DNA of 56,448 bases from a virus (taxonomy: Duplodnaviria; Caudoviricetes), in the IMG/VR virus record IMGVR_UViG_3300046777_001585, positions 1-56,448 of that record. The stretch is one strand, 5' to 3'. Position numbers and translations under genes: made by a program. This document shows positions 52,229 to 56,448 of this stretch, one piece after another (within the stretch, counting starts at the first letter, position 1; the number at the start of each line of letters is the position of its first letter). The notes under the pieces were generated by a model. That model did no database searches, had not been told where the DNA came from, and saw only the letters and a program-made list of their open reading frames with translations.

Positions 52229-52460
52229 CTTTCATATAGAGGCTTCCCAAAAAACGAAAAAAAAATAATTTTTTTTTGAAATTAGGCGTAAACCGTGTAA
52301 AGGCGTAATAGTAGAGTGATATCAGGGACTTAGTACATCACAGGGAGAAAAACAGGGGAAGTTAGGCGTAATTGTGGCAAATTATATAGGGGGTACCGCG
52401 CGAAACTTTTTTTTTTCGTTTTTTTTTTTTCGTTTTTCAGAAAGCCTCGTATATGGAAAG
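52229..52460. other. AT-rich non-coding element with long inverted repeats (candidate origin or packaging site)
   Basis: Arms at 52229-52265 and about 52419-52460 are imperfect reverse complements. Internal AGGCGTAA occurs three times, alongside A/T tracts. Confidence 0.55.
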
Positions 52461-52482
52461 GCTGCAAGTGGGAGGTGTGGAC

Positions 52483-53205
52483 ATGTCGAAGAAACCCCTG
52501 GTGCCGGCGGTGCCAAAAAGGAAGGCGAGGGGAAGTGGAAAGCTCGAGGCTCGCCTCGCTGCTCCGGTCAAGCGGGAGGGACTCCGCCCGTTGACCGCTA
52601 AGGAGCAGAAGTTTGTCTATGAGCTGGTGTCGGCGGACGGCGAGATCTCGATGACCGAGGCTGCCATCCGGGCAGGGTACTCCCAGATATCGGCCCGGCA
52701 GACCTCGCAGGACCTGACCAACCCTGCGAAATACCCTCAGGTTGTTGCGGCAATTCAGGACTACCGCGCGGAACTAAACGCTAAATATGGCACGACTTTT
52801 GAAAAGCACCTTCGGGATCTAAAGCGCATCCGAGATGCAGCGCTAGATGCTGGAGCCTTCGGCGCAGCAGTGCAGGCGGAGTACCGGCGCGGCCAAGCCC
52901 TGGGCACGATCTATGTGGATCGAAAGGAGGTCAGGATCGGCACCATCGACAGCATGTCGAAAGACGAGGTCGCGCAGAAGCTTCGCGAGATCAAAGCCAT
53001 GTTCGTGGGCGCGTCGCGCGACATCGTGGACGTGGACCCAGTGGTCCTGGAGCAATCCGTCGAGCGGGAGGCGTCGGCTGAACCGGAGTTTGACGAGGAG
53101 GAGGTACTACGTGAAAGAGGCCCAGCTATACCAGAGACTGAAGATGAACCTGGAGGGGTGCCAGATGACGAGACTGGAGAGTCGGGCGAGCCTTGGGACA
53201 CCTGA
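52483..53205 (+). CDS. terS: Terminase small subunit
   Basis: LTAKEQKFV...TEAAIRAGYS HTH plus AAVQAEYRRG; SD ggaggt. Confidence 0.8.
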   Translation: MSKKPLVPAVPKRKARGSGKLEARLAAPVKREGLRPLTAKEQKFVYELVSADGEISMTEAAIRAGYSQISARQTSQDLTNPAKYPQVVAAIQDYRAELNAKYGTTFEKHLRDLKRIRDAALDAGAFGAAVQAEYRRGQALGTIYVDRKEVRIGTIDSMSKDEVAQKLREIKAMFVGASRDIVDVDPVVLEQSVEREASAEPEFDEEEVLRERGPAIPETEDEPGGVPDDETGESGEPWDT

Positions 53206-53509
53206 TATTCTGGTCGCTTGGCGCGAGGGCATTTTTTCGACCATCGAGACCAAGGTGGTAAAGTCTGGCCTGAAGGTGGCCCTGAGCGCGCATCAGGTCA
53301 GTTGGCACATGCGGACGGCGGAGGTGGGTTGCCCAGCACACCTCATCGTAGCCGCCCTGGAGGCCGCCAAGCGCCCCGCAACGCTCAAGGTGTACCGTGC
53401 AGGGCAGGCACGTGAATTGGCGCTCCACGGGCTCCGTGTGGAGCCCGCGGCAGCCTTCCCCTTATCGCACGTGCCTTGGCACGTGCTCAGGGACTGCCTG
53501 CTGTCGTGA
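53111..53509 (+). CDS. VRR-NUC/Holliday-junction-resolvase-like nuclease
   Basis: MKEAQLYQ...RLE...GTPD...IETK...LSAHQVSWH; GTG after a strong SD gaggaggt. Confidence 0.75.
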   Translation: MKEAQLYQRLKMNLEGCQMTRLESRASLGTPDILVAWREGIFSTIETKVVKSGLKVALSAHQVSWHMRTAEVGCPAHLIVAALEAAKRPATLKVYRAGQARELALHGLRVEPAAAFPLSHVPWHVLRDCLLS

Positions 53510-53741
53510 TCGTGCTGGGGAGGGACACCTCGACCTCGTCGTGGATCATCAGGATGCGGTCCCTGACCGCCCCGAAAACCTGCAGAGGAGAATCCAGCAC
53601 GATAGTGTGCTGGACCTTCCCGCCGTGTTTGACCCTGGATGACTCGATCTTCCCTTTGAACGGGAACCGGTCGAGATAGCGCCCCTCGGCTCGCCATCCT
53701 GTGTGATCCCAGCCATTCGATCCATTGTGTAAGTCGATCAT
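53487..53741 (-). CDS. Hypothetical protein
   Basis: SD ggagg; G.IESSRVKHGG.VQHTI.LD pattern. Confidence 0.6.
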   Translation of the reverse strand: MIDLHNGSNGWDHTGWRAEGRYLDRFPFKGKIESSRVKHGGKVQHTIVLDSPLQVFGAVRDRILMIHDEVEVSLPSTITTAGSP

Positions 53742-53842
53742 CAGTTATCCCTCCGCAGTGCCGCGAGTATCAGGAAAAAGGCGAGCTTGCCGATGATGGC
53801 CAGAACGCCAGGGGACGCTGGCGGCTTGATGTTCAGTCTCAC
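53741..53842 (-). CDS. 33-aa membrane peptide
   Basis: GTG overlaps the MTase stop; hydrophobic VLAIIGKLAFFLILAAL; TGATG coupling. Confidence 0.4.
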   Translation of the reverse strand: MRLNIKPPASPGVLAIIGKLAFFLILAALRRDN

Positions 53843-54567
53843 GTCGTCCCCCTTAAAAGTTGAAATGCATATGCTGCCACTGCCGGAACTTGTCCGTTGC
53901 CAAGGGCTTTGAGTCTGTCCACCCGAGCGGCCACCCCATTAGCCACTCTACCCACGTCGGGTTCAAGGTCCCACGCGCCCACTCCTCCGGGGTGGTCCCG
54001 CGAATCCTTGGGTCGTTCCCAAGCATTCGTTGCATCTTTCCCTTCGGGGTCCCGGCTGCATCCTCGTTCGCCTGCGGAGTGAGCCACAATCCAGATCCTG
54101 TCCCTTTTGTGCGGGGCACCAACGTCGGCTGCTCCCAGCACTCCCCATCTCGCATCAAACCCCAACGAGGCCAGGTCACCAAGGACTGTCTCGAGCCCTC
54201 GCCGAGTAAGCATGGGGCTGTTTTCCACGAACACGAATCGGGGTCGTACTTCGCTAACCACCCGCGCCATTTCTCTCCACATTCCGCTGCGCTTTCCTCT
54301 AATCCCATATTTTTGGCCTGACGTTGATATGTCTTGGCATGGAAACCCTCCAGATACAACGTCAACAACTCCTCGCCACGGCCTGCCGTCAAAGGTTTGA
54401 ACGTCATCCCAAATCGGGAAAGGCGGGAGAATTCCGTCATTTTGTCTGGCGACAAGTACGCTTGCGGCGTAGGGCTCCCACTCGACAGCGCATACGGTTC
54501 GCCATCCGAGCAAGTGTCCGCCGAGTATTCCTCCACCAGCGCCTGCGAAAAGAGCCAGTTCATTCAT
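53839..54567 (-). CDS. dcm: C5 cytosine DNA methyltransferase, alpha chain (motifs I-VIII and X)
   Basis: LFAGAGG, GGFPCQDIS, VENS, PHKRDRIW and LGNGQV; lacks motif IX; ATG at 54567 after GGAGGGAGGG. Confidence 0.9.
   Translation of the reverse strand: MNELALFAGAGGGILGGHLLGWRTVCAVEWEPYAASVLVARQNDGILPPFPIWDDVQTFDGRPWRGVVDVVSGGFPCQDISTSGQKYGIRGKRSGMWREMARVVSEVRPRFVFVENSPMLTRRGLETVLGDLASLGFDARWGVLGAADVGAPHKRDRIWIVAHSAGERGCSRDPEGKDATNAWERPKDSRDHPGGVGAWDLEPDVGRVANGVAARVDRLKALGNGQVPAVAAYAFQLLRGTT
53853..54563 (-). CDS. Overlapping-frame MTase beta chain (TRD plus motif IX)
   Basis: 236-aa ORF nested in an alternative frame; LWLTP...LNPTWVEWLMGWPLGWT supplies motif IX. Confidence 0.75.
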   Translation of the reverse strand: MNWLFSQALVEEYSADTCSDGEPYALSSGSPTPQAYLSPDKMTEFSRLSRFGMTFKPLTAGRGEELLTLYLEGFHAKTYQRQAKNMGLEESAAECGEKWRGWLAKYDPDSCSWKTAPCLLGEGSRQSLVTWPRWGLMRDGECWEQPTLVPRTKGTGSGLWLTPQANEDAAGTPKGKMQRMLGNDPRIRGTTPEEWARGTLNPTWVEWLMGWPLGWTDSKPLATDKFRQWQHMHFNF

Positions 54568-55069
54568 GCCCTCCCTCCAGTATTTCGAATTCGAATGACA
54601 GACAATCGCACGCCAGCCCGCCCGCGTCGTGGTCCGTGCAGAATTCCGGGTCATCATCGCAGCCGATGCACTCGCCTAATTCCGGGTGTGATTCCAGCCA
54701 GCCCGCGATCTCCGTGGACTCCTCATCAGTCAGACCGGACTCATCGCCATATACTAGTGCGCTCACCCAGTGCGCGGGCAACGTGAAGAAAGCCCGCCCA
54801 TCTACCAGCACGCATAGATCCGGATCAGTAGTCGGGATTTCCGTGATGAAATAGCCGACGCGGTTGATGTGAGAATAACCGGAGGACACATACAGACTGC
54901 CGTCGCAGTCTATTAGGGTCCACACTTTGCCCGCGTCGATATCAAGCGCCGTGCGTACGTGCACGATTTCATCGCCGAATGTCTCGAACAAATGACCATT
55001 GAAACCAGCATGATCATCGAGGTGATTCTGCATCGGCTTGAATTTTTCCAGCCAGTCTGAATAGTTCAT
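54560..55069 (-). CDS. Two-domain acidic hypothetical protein
   Basis: FETFG...VWTL...GY..INR.GYFITE and LPAHWVSALVYGDESGLTDEE; SD ggagg. Confidence 0.7.
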   Translation of the reverse strand: MNYSDWLEKFKPMQNHLDDHAGFNGHLFETFGDEIVHVRTALDIDAGKVWTLIDCDGSLYVSSGYSHINRVGYFITEIPTTDPDLCVLVDGRAFFTLPAHWVSALVYGDESGLTDEESTEIAGWLESHPELGECIGCDDDPEFCTDHDAGGLACDCLSFEFEILEGGHE

Positions 55070-55479
55070 GCTGCACCTCCTTCGACAAGATATGCGCGAC
55101 GCACATTAGCAATTGCTAAATCATCTTGCGCGGTAGTCAACATCAGTTTTCTGCCCGGCGTCGAGTTTAGATGCCGCTTAGCTGTTCTCACGTCTGTGAG
55201 ATACCAGCCGTTAGATTTGCGTGACAGCTGCACGATGGTCACGATAACGCTGTATTTGTAAGATGTTGGAAGCCGTGAGCCCGATTGCGCAAAAAAAGCC
55301 GCGCCCGCGCGGTCCTTTTTCGGGATGCCCAGGTCTTCGAGCAGTGCTTCTGCTTCTTCTGCGATTTTCGCTAGTTGAGCAGCGTCCGTAAAAGTGTGCG
55401 AAGCAGCTCGACAGTTTATTGCAGCGAGAGCAGCGTCAATTTTAATATCGTCTGTGATCTTGATGGGTTTCATTCTCAT
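55066..55479 (-). CDS. Conserved hypothetical phage protein
   Basis: IDAALAAIN.RA..HT...LGIPKKDRAGA...YKY; ATGA overlap. Confidence 0.65.
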   Translation of the reverse strand: MRMKPIKITDDIKIDAALAAINCRAASHTFTDAAQLAKIAEEAEALLEDLGIPKKDRAGAAFFAQSGSRLPTSYKYSVIVTIVQLSRKSNGWYLTDVRTAKRHLNSTPGRKLMLTTAQDDLAIANVRRAYLVEGGAA

Positions 55480-55483
55480 GTCT

Positions 55484-55638
55484 TTCTGTATGCGTCGGCC
55501 GACTGCCGACAGCCGCCACTATGTCATCGCGCACAGCGGGCGTCAATCTGTATCGCACGAAAAAACACATGCGCAGCGCTTGCAATCGCACGCGCACGCG
55601 TGCAAGATCCGTCCTGCCCGATTCGGGCGCATACAGAA
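55484..55638. promoter_or_regulatory. Back-to-back sigma70 promoters, each followed by a hairpin and GCATACAGAA
   Basis: Minus strand: TTGACG-17-CATAGT (55546-55518). Plus strand: TTGCAA-17-CAAGAT (55580-55608). An identical 10-mer follows each hairpin. Confidence 0.65.
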
Positions 55639-55652
55639 GAAAGGCTTTAACT

Positions 55653-56417
55653 ATGATCCTCTATTCCGGACCTTCCCTGATCGACGGATCCCCCATTGTC
55701 GCTATCGCCACGGGCGGCAGTAAGAACCCGAAGACAGGCGATATGCTGCAAGTGTGGATCCTTCGCGCGGATCTCTCTCCCGTGGAAGCCGCGCGCACGG
55801 GTGCCGATGCCGCAATCTGCGGTACTTGTCAGCTGCGCCCGCTCGCAGTAGCGGCCCGTCGTGCTGCCGGCGAGCCCGAGGGCGCCCGTTGCTACGTAAC
55901 TTTGATTCACGGGCCGCGGTCGGTTTTCGATAAGTACTCGCGCGGAGGATATGAAACCGCGATTACACCCGACGCGCGCCGACGCGTCGGAGCCGGCCGC
56001 ATGGTTCGGTTGGGGGCATATGGGGATCCGTCAGCCGTTCCCGCTATCGTCTGGCGGCAGCTGCTCGCCGACGCCGTCGGCCACACTGGGTATACCCACC
56101 AGTGGTCGACGCGCGGCAACGCTGCTTTGACGCGCAACTTGCGCGCTATGCGACCGCTTGTAATGGCCAGCGTGGAGACCATCGCCGATGCCGAGCGAGC
56201 GCAGCAAGCTGGCTGGCGTACCTTTCGTGTCCGTCCTGCTCCGGCTCCCGGCGACAGGATGCCCGGCGAGCGCATATGTCCTGCAAGTGCCGAAGCGGGA
56301 CATAAAGTGCAATGCATCGACTGCCGTGCTTGTGCCGGCACAGATGGTCGCGCCTCCCCGGGGATCGCCATTATCGACCATGGTCCCGGCTCCCGAGCTA
56401 CCCGCCGAGCCGCCTAG
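55653..56417 (+). CDS. Cys-rich putative Fe-S enzyme (gp88-like)
   Basis: SKNPKTG, CGTC...CYV, RLGAYGDP, GYTHQW, CPA...C..C..C and a terminal HG; ATG at 55653 after aagg. Confidence 0.6.
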   Translation: MILYSGPSLIDGSPIVAIATGGSKNPKTGDMLQVWILRADLSPVEAARTGADAAICGTCQLRPLAVAARRAAGEPEGARCYVTLIHGPRSVFDKYSRGGYETAITPDARRRVGAGRMVRLGAYGDPSAVPAIVWRQLLADAVGHTGYTHQWSTRGNAALTRNLRAMRPLVMASVETIADAERAQQAGWRTFRVRPAPAPGDRMPGERICPASAEAGHKVQCIDCRACAGTDGRASPGIAIIDHGPGSRATRRAA

Positions 56418-56448
56418 CCGGTATCGTCCCGCCCGCGCCCGCTATGGG

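Noticed and set aside
52249-52437. Exact lengths of the A and T homopolymers as a signal
   Set aside because: Homopolymer lengths are error-prone; only the inverted arrangement is relied on.
35183-55652. Extended ORF-track starts (35183, 37698, 45612, 52453, 52847, 54657, 55521; also 5160)
   Set aside because: Downstream starts have an SD or coupling and match family N-termini; the extensions overlap other genes or regulatory DNA.
1-56448. Alternative genetic code, tRNAs, integrase/att sites, terminal repeats
   Set aside because: All three stop codons end well-packed genes. No cloverleaf or recombinase was found by eye. The window ends do not match each other.

Overview
The window is most of a GC-rich tailed dsDNA phage genome (Caudoviricetes, podovirus-like), with a gene order resembling HTVC010P-related aquatic phages. 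It opens inside a 5'-truncated Pro/Thr-rich ORF. The modules then run as follows: head (portal, GroES, scaffold, capsid; 2.5-10.8 kb); neck, tail and fibres (10.8-22.2 kb); four large ejection/internal proteins (22.2-32.4 kb); replication (exonuclease, SNF2, SSB-like, primase, UvrD, PolA; 32.3-41.2 kb); a second cluster of disordered cargo-like proteins, an ART-like protein and lysis genes (42-46 kb); small accessory genes including thyX; an AT-rich ori/pac-like element before terS; a C5 methyltransferase encoded in two overlapping frames; and divergent early genes. No large terminase, integrase, tRNA, CRISPR array or reverse transcriptase is visible. The most notable unexplained signals are five. 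(1) Pseudoknotted RNA leaders in front of late gene blocks, especially a symmetric double-pseudoknot three-way junction at 8887-8954. (2) A recurring Phi-x-x-GG-x-[VA] peptide tag in eight otherwise unrelated proteins. (3) An ejection protein with mirror-matched repeat arms of exact 67-aa and 75-aa period. (4) Dispersed 7-bp-periodic CCNNGG arrays. (5) The dual-frame methyltransferase. Family names are recognised from memory of motifs, not from database searches.
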